From positions 29,996-93,995 of IMG/VR virus record IMGVR_UViG_3300031576_000015: 64,000 bases of DNA, one strand, 5' to 3'. Shown in pieces: positions 29,105-34,543 of this stretch. Numbering within the stretch: position 1 is the first letter of the stretch; each line of letters begins with the position of its first letter. The position numbers and the translations under genes were made by a program. The stretch comes from a virus. Taxonomy: Duplodnaviria; Heunggongvirae; Uroviricota; Caudoviricetes. Below the pieces are notes generated by a model. It was given only the letters and a program-made list of their open reading frames with translations. It searched no databases and was not told where the DNA came from.

Positions 29105-29445
29105 TAGTGTGGAGGAGTAGACTGATACGCCGGGTTCTGTGTAGGCCCATCATCTGTCTGGGCCGACCGTTACCGTATCGGCTCACTGCGTCCAACCCGG
29201 GGATCAGCGGGCAGCCTCATCTCCCTCAGTTAGGACTTGCACCAGGTAGAGTTTACCGCGTTTCACTCCCCACTTAAGGGGCTCGTCTCTGTGGCACTTG
29301 TCGTCGCGTCACCGCGCCAGGCCGTTAGCCTGTACCCTGCCCTATGGAGCCCGGACGTTCCTCTGTCAGTTGGGTGGTGTCTGTAGCGCCGCCGAGGCGG
29401 CTCCCACTACTGTCCAGCGATGGGCTTGTCTACTCCTCCACCCTC
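29105..29445 (-). ncRNA. rnpB: RNase P RNA (bacterial type A-like)
   Basis: Exact P4 strands: rc(29337-29356)=GTCCGGGCTCCATAGGGCAG with rc(29346-29361)=GGAACGTCCGGGCTCC, and rc(29129-29140)=ACAGAACCCGGC; 14-bp P1 pairs 29428-29441 with 29109-29122. Confidence 0.85.
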
Positions 29446-29456
29446 TATTGTACCAT

Positions 29457-29484
29457 ATAAAGCTGGTTTTGCAAGTACCTAGGA
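29457..29484 (-). promoter_or_regulatory. sigma70-like promoter for rnpB (TTGCAA-N16-TACAAT)
   Basis: -35 at 29484-29479 and -10 at 29462-29457 on the minus strand; predicted start site falls at the P1 5' end. Confidence 0.55.
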
Positions 29485-29640
29485 ACCAACATAGTGCATA
29501 ACGACATGCGAGTCCGCTGCAAGTAGGTTTATCAGTACCAAGTGTTAGTGCTTGATTCGAGGATCGTTTTACACGGACGGGGGGCTGTAGACTAAGTACG
29601 GAACCGGCTAGAATCTTACTGTCTTTTATCATTTCACACA

Positions 29641-29859
29641 CTAAAAAACGAGCAAAGACTGATCTTCATCGTCTGCCCGTCTCTGATCATTCCCTTGGTC
29701 CTCAAGACGGGCGTACCAGCGTTCAAGCTTTCCCACGAGTGTAGACAGGTCTCCTGCTCCCCACCGTGAGACAACTCTGCTCCAGGTATTCGCCTTCCAG
29801 AGGCGCTCTACCTGGTCCCACCAGATAAACAATTCTATCTCAGTTGCCCGCATTGTCAA
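29641..29859 (-). CDS. hypothetical small protein
   Basis: 72-aa ORF; its start codon lies inside a promoter-like element, so its reality is doubtful. Confidence 0.3.
   Translation of the reverse strand: MTMRATEIELFIWWDQVERLWKANTWSRVVSRWGAGDLSTLVGKLERWYARLEDQGNDQRRADDEDQSLLVF
29832..29859 (-). promoter_or_regulatory. candidate promoter TTGACA-N16-TAGAAT
   Basis: On the minus strand directly downstream of tRNA-Arg(TCT); overlaps the ATG of ORF 29641-29859. Confidence 0.35.
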
Positions 29860-29862
29860 GTT

Positions 29863-29938
29863 TGGCCCGCCCAGGAGGATTCGAACCCCCGACTTACCGG
29901 GTAGAAACCGGTTGTTCTGTCCACTGAACTATGGGCGG
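29863..29938 (-). tRNA. tRNA-Arg (anticodon TCT)
   Basis: Full cloverleaf; anticodon loop TTTCTAC; CCA encoded. Confidence 0.8.
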
Positions 29939-29939
29939 A

Positions 29940-30015
29940 TGGTACCCGCAGGTGGAGTTGAACCACCAATCAACGGTTTATAAGACCGTCCCGATCACCG
30001 TATCGGCTTGCGGGT
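29940..30015 (-). tRNA. tRNA-Ile (anticodon TAT)
   Basis: T-loop TTCAACT; anticodon loop CTTATAA; perfect acceptor; CCA encoded. Confidence 0.7.
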
Positions 30016-30016
30016 A

Positions 30017-30104
30017 GAGTCCCGGTCGAGGGATTGAACCTCAGTGGCCACCGTACGAACGGCCGTCCCGCTGCTTGCGCACTTGGCGGGCATTACCCCG
30101 GGTA
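30017..30104 (-). tRNA. tRNA-like element, identity unresolved (possibly type II)
   Basis: Good T-arm TGAGG-TTCAATC-CCTCG, but the acceptor and anticodon arm could not be paired canonically. Confidence 0.3.
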
Positions 30105-30190
30105 TGGCGGAGAGTGTGGGATTCGAACCCACGGGGCTTGCGCCCACGCGCTTTCCAGACGCGCCCACTAGGCCGCTATGGGAACTCTCC
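30105..30190 (-). tRNA. tRNA-Ser (anticodon GGA), type II
   Basis: Anticodon loop CTGGAAA; long variable arm GGGCGCAAGCCC; CCA encoded. Confidence 0.75.
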
Positions 30191-30191
30191 A

Positions 30192-30265
30192 TGGTAGGCG
30201 ACCAGGGACTCGAACCCCGCCGAGCGGTGTGTAGGACCGCTGCACTACCCCTATGCTAGTCGCCT
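30192..30265 (-). tRNA. tRNA-Val (anticodon TAC)
   Basis: Anticodon stem GCGGT/ACCGC, loop CCTACAC; CCA encoded. Confidence 0.75.
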
Positions 30266-30266
30266 T

Positions 30267-30351
30267 TGGTACCGAAGGAGAGATTCGAACTCTCACGGGA
30301 CAAGCCCACCGGGTTTTGAGGCCGACGCGTCTGCCATTCCGCCACTTCGGC
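30267..30351 (-). tRNA. tRNA-Leu (anticodon CAA), type II
   Basis: Anticodon loop CTCAAAA; long variable arm; CCA encoded. Confidence 0.65.
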
Positions 30352-30352
30352 A

Positions 30353-30436
30353 TGGTGCTGACGGTGGGACTCGAACCCACACGGTATAACCACGGGCTTC
30401 TAAGGCCCGCGTGTCTGCCAATTCCACCACGTCAGC
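30353..30436 (-). tRNA. tRNA-Leu (anticodon TAG), type II
   Basis: Anticodon stem CGGGC/GCCCG, loop CTTAGAA; CCA encoded. Confidence 0.75.
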
Positions 30437-30511
30437 TGGTTGGGGAAGTGGGATTCGAACCCACGACCTCTGGCTTCCGACGCCAGCATGCTTCCTCTGC
30501 ACCATCCCCCA
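30437..30511 (-). tRNA. tRNA-Pro (anticodon CGG)
   Basis: Anticodon stem CTGGC/GCCAG, loop GTCGGAA; CCA encoded. Confidence 0.75.
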
Positions 30512-30512
30512 T

Positions 30513-30561
30513 TGGTGGACCGACTGGGACTCGAACCAAGGACTTCCTGACTGCCTAGTTA
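30513..30561 (-). tRNA. half-tRNA-like fragment (CCA, acceptor 3' strand and T-arm only)
   Basis: 49 nt 'tggtggaccga-ctggg-actcgaa-ccaag...' with no D or anticodon arm; same 'tggtggaccg' start as the adjacent tRNA-Ala. Confidence 0.3.
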
Positions 30562-30635
30562 TGGTGGACCGGATAGGAGTCGAACCTACATTCTTCGCCA
30601 TGCCATGGCGCTGCGTTCCCATTACGCCACCGGCC
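30562..30635 (-). tRNA. tRNA-Ala (anticodon GGC)
   Basis: Anticodon loop ATGGCAT; D-stem GCGT/ACGC; CCA encoded. Confidence 0.7.
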
Positions 30636-30878
30636 CACTCTTACAGACGATTTACCTATGATACTTTCAGCCGGTATGAGATAATCTTCCCCACCGGCTG
30701 TAAGAATATAAAGCAGATCAAAGTCTCCCGCCTGATATATTCTATGAGTATTTCTGCCGTAGGTCCGTAGTGGTACTTCGTAGCACCTGCCTACTTTATG
30801 AGACGTGTATTTGCATTGCACACGTTTCAAACGGCCATCCTGCTCAATCACTAAATCATATTTTGATCCATATAGCAT
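30636..30878 (-). CDS. hypothetical protein in an AT-rich island (possible small nuclease)
   Basis: ORF 30555-30878; 'GDFDLLYIL...GEDYLIP' is PD-(D/E)xK-like; composition differs from the flanks; the listed C-terminus reads through tRNA-Ala. Confidence 0.3.
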
Positions 30879-30952
30879 GACCTACAGCTATATTTCCTTT
30901 CGTGTTGCTATTCATGATGCTCTCCTTTTGGAGAGCCTGGCTGGCAGCTTCT

Positions 30953-31022
30953 ATGGCCTACAGAGATTCGAACTCTGCTTTCCAGCCGAACGGCTGGCGT
31001 TCTCCCACTGAACTATCGGCCC
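30953..31022 (-). tRNA. aberrant tRNA-like gene (possible pseudo-tRNA; Glu or Asn-like loop)
   Basis: Clean T-arm CAGAG-TTCGAAT-CTCTG and D-arm, but a 6-nt anticodon loop (CCAGC-CGTTCG-GCTGG) and two acceptor mismatches. Confidence 0.35.
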
Positions 31023-31023
31023 T

Positions 31024-31098
31024 TGGCTCCAAGGGTAGGATTCGAACCTACAACCAACCGGTTAACAGCCGGCCGCTCTACCGTTGAGCTACCTTGGA
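31024..31098 (-). tRNA. tRNA-Asn (anticodon GTT)
   Basis: Anticodon loop CTGTTAA; perfect acceptor; CCA encoded. Confidence 0.8.
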
Positions 31099-31099
31099 A

Positions 31100-31174
31100 T
31101 GGAGCGGAGAACGGGACTCGAACCCGCGACCTCGTCCTTGGCAAAGACGCGTTCTACCACTGAACTATCTCCGC
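31100..31174 (-). tRNA. tRNA-Gly (anticodon GCC)
   Basis: Anticodon loop TTGCCAA; perfect acceptor; CCA encoded. Confidence 0.8.
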
Positions 31175-31180
31175 ATGTTT

Positions 31181-31317
31181 GGTCTTCGCTGGACTCGAAC
31201 CAGCGTCTCCAGCTCTTGGGTGCTATTGCTCCGGCGTTACTAATAAATTGTTGCAACAATTCAATAGTGCTCCGGCATGACACCAGCTGGCGTCCTCGCC
31301 ATCTAGACGAGAAGACC
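31181..31317 (-). tRNA. tRNA gene interrupted by a ~64-nt insertion or intron in the anticodon arm; anticodon unresolved
   Basis: Perfect acceptor GGTCTTC/GAAGACC, D-arm, T-arm GCTGG-TTCGAGT-CCAGC and anticodon stem CCAGC/GCTGG separated by 71 nt containing the palindrome AATTGTTGCAACAATT. Confidence 0.5.
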
Positions 31318-31318
31318 T

Positions 31319-31394
31319 TGGTGAGCCCGAGAGGAATCGAACCTCCACTGAACCGTGTTTAAGACGGCTCCCTCTGCCCTTGGGGTACGGACTC
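31319..31394 (-). tRNA. tRNA with anticodon TAA (Leu UUA/UUG) but a short variable arm (type I)
   Basis: Anticodon loop CTTAAAC with stem GCCGT/ACGGT; 5-nt variable region; A73; CCA encoded. Confidence 0.55.
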
Positions 31395-31396
31395 AT

Positions 31397-31471
31397 GGTG
31401 GGCCAGGTAGGACTCGAACCTACGACCTCCTGCGTGTCGAGCAGGCGCCCTAACCACTGGGCGACTGGCCC
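31397..31471 (-). tRNA. tRNA-Val (anticodon GAC)
   Basis: Anticodon stem CCTGC/GCAGG, loop TCGACAC; perfect acceptor; CCA encoded. Confidence 0.8.
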
Positions 31472-31472
31472 T

Positions 31473-31546
31473 TGGAGCGGGTACCGAGACTCGAACCCGG
31501 TCCTCTTGCTTGGAAGGCAAGGGCACAACCCTTATGCAATACCCGC
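31473..31546 (-). tRNA. tRNA-Gly (anticodon TCC)
   Basis: Anticodon stem CTTGC/GCAAG, loop CTTCCAA; CCA encoded. Confidence 0.75.
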
Positions 31547-31547
31547 A

Positions 31548-31633
31548 TGGTGTCCGGAGAGGGACTCGAACCCTCACGATGATTAGTCACAGGCTTCTGA
31601 GGCCTGCGCGTCTGCCAATTCCGCCATCCAGAC
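31548..31633 (-). tRNA. tRNA-Leu (anticodon CAG), type II
   Basis: Anticodon stem CAGGC/GCCTG, loop CTCAGAA; long variable arm. Confidence 0.75.
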
Positions 31634-31711
31634 TGGGGTGACCGATGGGATTTGAACCCACGTTTACCTGGTTCACAGCCAGGCGCCTTAGACCACTAGG
31701 CCACGGCCACC
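31634..31711 (-). tRNA. tRNA-His (anticodon GTG) with encoded G-1
   Basis: Anticodon loop CTGTGAA; extra 5' G pairing with C73; CCA encoded. Confidence 0.8.
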
Positions 31712-31712
31712 A

Positions 31713-31797
31713 TGGTGTCGTCGGGGGGACTCGAACCCCCACGTCTGTTCAACACAAGGCTCTCGACCTTGCGCGTCTGCCATTTCGCCACGACGAC
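31713..31797 (-). tRNA. tRNA-Leu (anticodon GAG), type II
   Basis: Anticodon stem CAAGG/CCTTG, loop TCGAGAG; long variable arm. Confidence 0.65.
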
Positions 31798-31799
31798 AC

Positions 31800-32054
31800 T
31801 TACCTCTTATCGGTTGGACGATAGATTCCTTGCTTGATGTAACCCTGTACCATACTCTCGAGCCGCGAGATCAGCTCGCTGGGCTTCGATCCATGGATCA
31901 TGGCCGGCATCCAACCCGGTGATCGCTCGACAGTCCCACTGGGACGCTTGCGCACATTCCAGATTGGTATGACGACCTTGGTGATGAATCCGTAGATTCC
32001 GTATCCACTGTTGTACTGCGGGGTGATCTTGATCTCATGCCGAATCTTCGGCTT
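31800..32054 (-). CDS. hypothetical protein (84 aa)
   Basis: ATG at 32054 with GGAGGG RBS; the longer listed ORF start runs through tRNA genes. Confidence 0.45.
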   Translation of the reverse strand, partial: KPKIRHEIKITPQYNSGYGIYGFITKVVIPIWNVRKRPSGTVERSPGWMPAMIHGSKPSELISRLESMVQGYIKQGIYRPTDKR

Positions 32055-32075
32055 GCGCTCCATGATCACCCTCCG

Positions 32076-32127
32076 ATAAGGAGATGGTGGAGGCTCGGGA
32101 ATCGGACCCGATTCTTGGCGACCACGC
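32076..32127 (-). tRNA. half-tRNA-like element (CCA, acceptor and T-arm plus a short hairpin)
   Basis: 52 nt; T-arm TCGGG-TCCGATT-CCCGA; ends CCTCCACCA directly upstream of the RBS of gene 31800-32054. Confidence 0.3.
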
Positions 32128-32202
32128 TGCCCCCCCATGGTCGGGCCGGGCGGGATCGAACCGCCGACTTCATGCACCCCATGCATGCGTGCTACCGCTG
32201 CA
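32128..32202 (-). tRNA. tRNA-Pro (anticodon GGG)
   Basis: Anticodon stem CATGC/GCATG, loop ATGGGGT; perfect acceptor; CCA encoded. Confidence 0.8.
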
Positions 32203-32203
32203 C

Positions 32204-32277
32204 TACGGCCCGATGGTCAGGGAACGGGGATTCGAACCCCGGACACTAGCTCCCAAAGCTAGCGTGTTACCTCTACA
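32204..32277 (-). tRNA. tRNA-Pro (anticodon TGG)
   Basis: Anticodon stem CTAGC/GCTAG, loop TTTGGGA; perfect acceptor; CCA encoded. Confidence 0.8.
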
Positions 32278-32278
32278 C

Positions 32279-32354
32279 TATTCCCTGTTGGTACTGAGGG
32301 GTGGATTCGAACCACCGATCTTCCGGGTATGAACCGGTTGCTCTGACCACTGAG
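32279..32354 (-). tRNA. tRNA-Met elongator or tRNA-Ile2 (anticodon CAT)
   Basis: Anticodon loop TTCATAC; G1-U72; no initiator features. Confidence 0.65.
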
Positions 32355-32356
32355 CT

Positions 32357-32442
32357 ACCCCAGCATTGGCGGAAGGGAGGAGAGTCGAACTCCTATGCCC
32401 TTTCGGGCGCCCGTTTTCAAGACGGGACCGATACCGTTCCGG
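32357..32442 (-). tRNA. tRNA-Ser (anticodon TGA), type II
   Basis: Anticodon stem CCCGT/ACGGG, loop CTTGAAA; variable arm GCCCGAAAGGGC. Confidence 0.75.
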
Positions 32443-32443
32443 T

Positions 32444-32518
32444 CACCCTTCCATGGTAGCCCCAAGGGGAGTCGAACCCCTCTTCGCAGTTTGAAAGGCT
32501 GCTGTCCTCACCGATAGA
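32444..32518 (-). tRNA. tRNA-Glu (anticodon TTC)
   Basis: Anticodon loop CTTTCAA; one mismatch at 31:39; CCA encoded. Confidence 0.65.
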
Positions 32519-32519
32519 C

Positions 32520-32595
32520 GATGGGGCTGTGGTGGACCAGGTTGGAATCGAACCAACAACCTCCTGTTTATCAGACAGGCTGTCTTACCATTGGC
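32520..32595 (-). tRNA. tRNA-Ile (anticodon GAT)
   Basis: Anticodon stem CCTGT/ACAGG, loop CTGATAA; perfect acceptor; CCA encoded. Confidence 0.8.
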
Positions 32596-32596
32596 A

Positions 32597-32673
32597 TACT
32601 GGTCCATGGAGGGCCTCTGGGGACTCGAACCCCAAACCTGCTGTTTAAGAGACAGCTGCTCTAGCCTGTTGAG
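32597..32673 (-). tRNA. tRNA-Lys (anticodon CTT)
   Basis: Anticodon stem GCTGT/ACAGC, loop CTCTTAA; perfect acceptor; CCA encoded. Confidence 0.8.
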
Positions 32674-32675
32674 CT

Positions 32676-32745
32676 AGAGGCCCGATGGCAGATTGCCGAC
32701 GAATCGAACGCCGCTGCGTGGTTTTGGAGACCTCGCTGATCCCAG
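32676..32745 (-). tRNA. aberrant 70-nt tRNA-like gene (non-canonical D and anticodon arms)
   Basis: T-arm CGGCG-TTCGATT-CGTCG and 7-bp acceptor present, but the internal 35 nt fold as GATC-TGG-GATC plus an irregular arm. Confidence 0.3.
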
Positions 32746-32746
32746 A

Positions 32747-32820
32747 TCGCAACCTATGGCGGTCCCAAGGAGGATCGAACTCCCGACTCAGCCGTGACAG
32801 GGCCGTGTTTTGCCACTAAA
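32747..32820 (-). tRNA. tRNA-Asp (anticodon GTC)
   Basis: Anticodon loop CTGTCAC; D-stem GTTT/AAAC; perfect acceptor; CCA encoded. Confidence 0.75.
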
Positions 32821-32821
32821 C

Positions 32822-32897
32822 TATGGGACCATGGAACACCCGGAGGGAATCGAACCCCCGACCACTGCGTTCGAAGCGCAGCACTCTGTCCACTGAG
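32822..32897 (-). tRNA. tRNA-Arg (anticodon TCG)
   Basis: Anticodon stem CTGCG/CGCAG, loop CTTCGAA; CCA encoded. Confidence 0.8.
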
Positions 32898-32898
32898 T

Positions 32899-32973
32899 TA
32901 CGGGTGCATGGAGGCGGCGGAGGGATTCGAACCCCCGGATAGATGGTTTGCAGCCATCTGCCTTTCCTCTTGG
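32899..32973 (-). tRNA. tRNA-Cys (anticodon GCA)
   Basis: Anticodon stem GATGG/CCATC, loop CTGCAAA; CCA encoded. Confidence 0.8.
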
Positions 32974-32974
32974 C

Positions 32975-33049
32975 TACGCCGTCTTGGTGACCCTACGGAG
33001 AGTCGAACTCCGCTTTCCGCCTTGAGAGGGCGGTGTCCTGACCGATAGA
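32975..33049 (-). tRNA. tRNA-Glu (anticodon CTC)
   Basis: Anticodon stem CCGCC/GGCGG, loop CTCTCAA; CCA encoded. Confidence 0.75.
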
Positions 33050-33051
33050 CG

Positions 33052-33125
33052 ACAGGGTCGATGGTGGAGGGACGGGGAATCGAACCCCGAAGTCCTGCGT
33101 GCAAAGCAGGCAGTTGCCCATTAGC
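33052..33125 (-). tRNA. tRNA-Ala (anticodon TGC)
   Basis: Anticodon stem CCTGC/GCAGG, loop TTTGCAC; CCA encoded. Confidence 0.75.
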
Positions 33126-33126
33126 T

Positions 33127-33201
33127 TATCCCCCCATGGTGGATAGGGACGGAATCGAACCGCCGACGCCGGGCTCTTCAGACCCGCGCTCTACCCCTGA
33201 G
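33127..33201 (-). tRNA. tRNA-Phe (anticodon GAA)
   Basis: Anticodon loop CTGAAGA; perfect acceptor and D-stem; CCA encoded. Confidence 0.8.
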
Positions 33202-33292
33202 CTACCTATCCATGGAATGGCGACAGCGGGGCAACCAGCCCCACCCGCTTCACCGTCAGTCGGTCGTTACGCAACGCGGCTCAGTCGGCCCG

Positions 33293-33484
33293 TCAGCCAA
33301 CCTCAACGCCACGGCGGGCTTTTACCCGCACCCGGCCATCCACTGGTTTGTAGGGACCGAGACGTGCCACCCCGGTGGGGCAGCCGACCCTGCACCGGTA
33401 GCACTGCGGTACCTTCCGACAGTTAGCGACCTTCCCAGGCTTAGGAAGTGCCTTCCCCGCGTGAACAACGGGGGCCTCGGCCAT
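33293..33484 (-). CDS. possible leaderless small Cys-rich protein (CX5CX2CX3CP); may instead be a structured ncRNA
   Basis: ATG at 33484 sits ~+1 of a consensus promoter; 63 codons, GC-rich with many hairpins; no RBS. Confidence 0.3.
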   Translation of the reverse strand: MAEAPVVHAGKALPKPGKVANCRKVPQCYRCRVGCPTGVARLGPYKPVDGRVRVKARRGVEVG

Positions 33485-33487
33485 GCC

Positions 33488-33515
33488 GCCACATTTCATT
33501 ATAGCACACTACCAG
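33488..33515 (-). promoter_or_regulatory. near-consensus sigma70 promoter TTGACA-N16-TATAAT with extended TG
   Basis: -35 at 33515-33510 and -10 at 33493-33488 on the minus strand; drives the downstream tRNA run. Confidence 0.7.
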
Positions 33516-33532
33516 ATCTTGTCAAGTACCGC

Positions 33533-33620
33533 AGACTAAATTTGGCGGAGGGCCGGAGATTCGAACTCCGACGGGCAGACGCCCGACTACCGGCTTCGAA
33601 CCGGATACGTTGCCGTTCCG
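33533..33620 (-). tRNA. tRNA-Ser (anticodon CGA), type II
   Basis: Anticodon loop TTCGAAG; variable arm GGGCGTCTGCCC; CCA encoded. Confidence 0.7.
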
Positions 33621-33621
33621 T

Positions 33622-33716
33622 CAACCCTCCATGGCGATGAGAGTGGGATTCGAACCCACGGGCCAGGCTCATTGCCCAGCCACCCGCTTAGCAGGCGGGT
33701 GCTTTCGACCACTCAG
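33622..33716 (-). tRNA. tRNA-Ser (anticodon GCT), type II with 22-nt variable arm
   Basis: Anticodon stem CCCGC/GCGGG, loop CTGCTAA; CCA encoded. Confidence 0.75.
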
Positions 33717-33791
33717 CCATCTCACCTGGAGCCCTTGACGAGGATCGAACTCGTGACCTCCGCCTTACCAAGGCGACGCACTACCACTATG
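33717..33791 (-). tRNA. tRNA-Thr (anticodon GGT)
   Basis: Anticodon loop TTGGTAA; perfect acceptor; CCA encoded. Confidence 0.75.
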
Positions 33792-33792
33792 C

Positions 33793-33867
33793 TACAAGGG
33801 CCTGGAGCCGAAGAGCGGATTCGAACCGCCAACCTACACTTTACGAAAGTGCCGCGCTACCGTTGCG
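33793..33867 (-). tRNA. tRNA-Thr (anticodon CGT)
   Basis: Anticodon loop TTCGTAA; D-stem GCGC/GCGC; CCA encoded. Confidence 0.75.
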
Positions 33868-33868
33868 C

Positions 33869-33943
33869 CACTCCGGCATGGTTGCGGGGGCAGGAATCGC
33901 ACCTGCGACCTGCTGGGTATGAGCCAGCCGAGCTGCTACTGCT
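33869..33943 (-). tRNA. initiator tRNA-fMet (anticodon CAT)
   Basis: Acceptor CGCGGGG...CCCCGCA-A-CCA with C1:A72 mismatch, identical to the E. coli initiator acceptor; anticodon loop CTCATAC; T-loop TGCGATT. Confidence 0.7.
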
Positions 33944-33958
33944 CCACCCCGCGTGATG

Positions 33959-34045
33959 GTGTAGAGAATGGTGGGCAGGGTAGGACTCGAACCTACGAAG
34001 GCCCGAAGGCCGTGTGGTCTACAGCCACATGCAATAGCCGCTATG
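33959..34045 (-). tRNA. tRNA-Tyr (anticodon GTA), type II
   Basis: Anticodon stem TGTGG/CCACA, loop CTGTAGA; long variable arm; CCA encoded. Confidence 0.75.
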
Positions 34046-34430
34046 CGACCTGCCCTTTACGTTTCCGAGCTAAATCTAGAGAGTATTTTGCTGGGTCTTC
34101 TCGGCGCCGGCGCATTCGCATACGACGCCCTTCTTTCTCCGAAGACCATTTCTTCCACGGTTTACTAGACGCGCTTATATTACACTTAATGTGACTGTAA
34201 CTGATATTTTTTACATCAAAGAAGGCCGCTCTTGGGTCGTCCGCACCCTGCCACGGCGTCATGTGCTCTATAGAAAAATCTTCAATAGCATTTATTGGAT
34301 TTCCGCATTGGAAACATCGGTTCTCTCCAAGGCGACAAATCAAAGAGAACAGAATAGCCTTTCTCAATTTATTTGTGGCAGTACCATACGGCATGCCAAG
34401 CTGGTTTGCCTTTTTTGCATTATTACCCAT
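34041..34430 (-). CDS. HNH endonuclease
   Basis: 129-aa ORF with 'CFQCG..IEHMTPW..N..SHIKCN'; Lys/Arg-rich C-tail. Confidence 0.7.
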   Translation of the reverse strand: MGNNAKKANQLGMPYGTATNKLRKAILFSLICRLGENRCFQCGNPINAIEDFSIEHMTPWQGADDPRAAFFDVKNISYSHIKCNISASSKPWKKWSSEKEGRRMRMRRRREDPAKYSLDLARKRKGQVA

Positions 34431-34452
34431 CTCTGGCCTCCGCCATTGACGT

Positions 34453-34529
34453 GGAGCCGAGTACAGGATTCGAACCTGCTACCTGCCGCTTACAAGGCGG
34501 CCGCTCTACCCAGTTGAGCTAACCCGGCA
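34453..34529 (-). tRNA. tRNA-Thr (anticodon TGT)
   Basis: Anticodon stem GCCGC/GCGGC, loop CTTGTAA; CCA encoded. Confidence 0.8.
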
Positions 34530-34543
34530 AGTTTTACAACACA

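Noticed and set aside
29101-29640. ORFs 29298-29501(+) and 29366-29641(-) overlapping this region
   Set aside because: The region is fully explained by the RNase P RNA and its promoter. The ORFs have no RBS and an implausible composition.
33202-33484. tmRNA or other known ncRNA downstream of the consensus promoter
   Set aside because: No tRNA-like domain and no tag ORF. Left as an unassigned structured region or leaderless mini-ORF.
28615-34200. Numerous 60-140-aa ORFs on both strands across the tRNA array (e.g. 30044-30259, 31223-31528, 32084-32332, 33061-33426, 33672-33956)
   Set aside because: They are translations through tightly packed tRNA genes. The repetitive GGxTCGAAxC T-loops generate open frames, and there are no RBSs.
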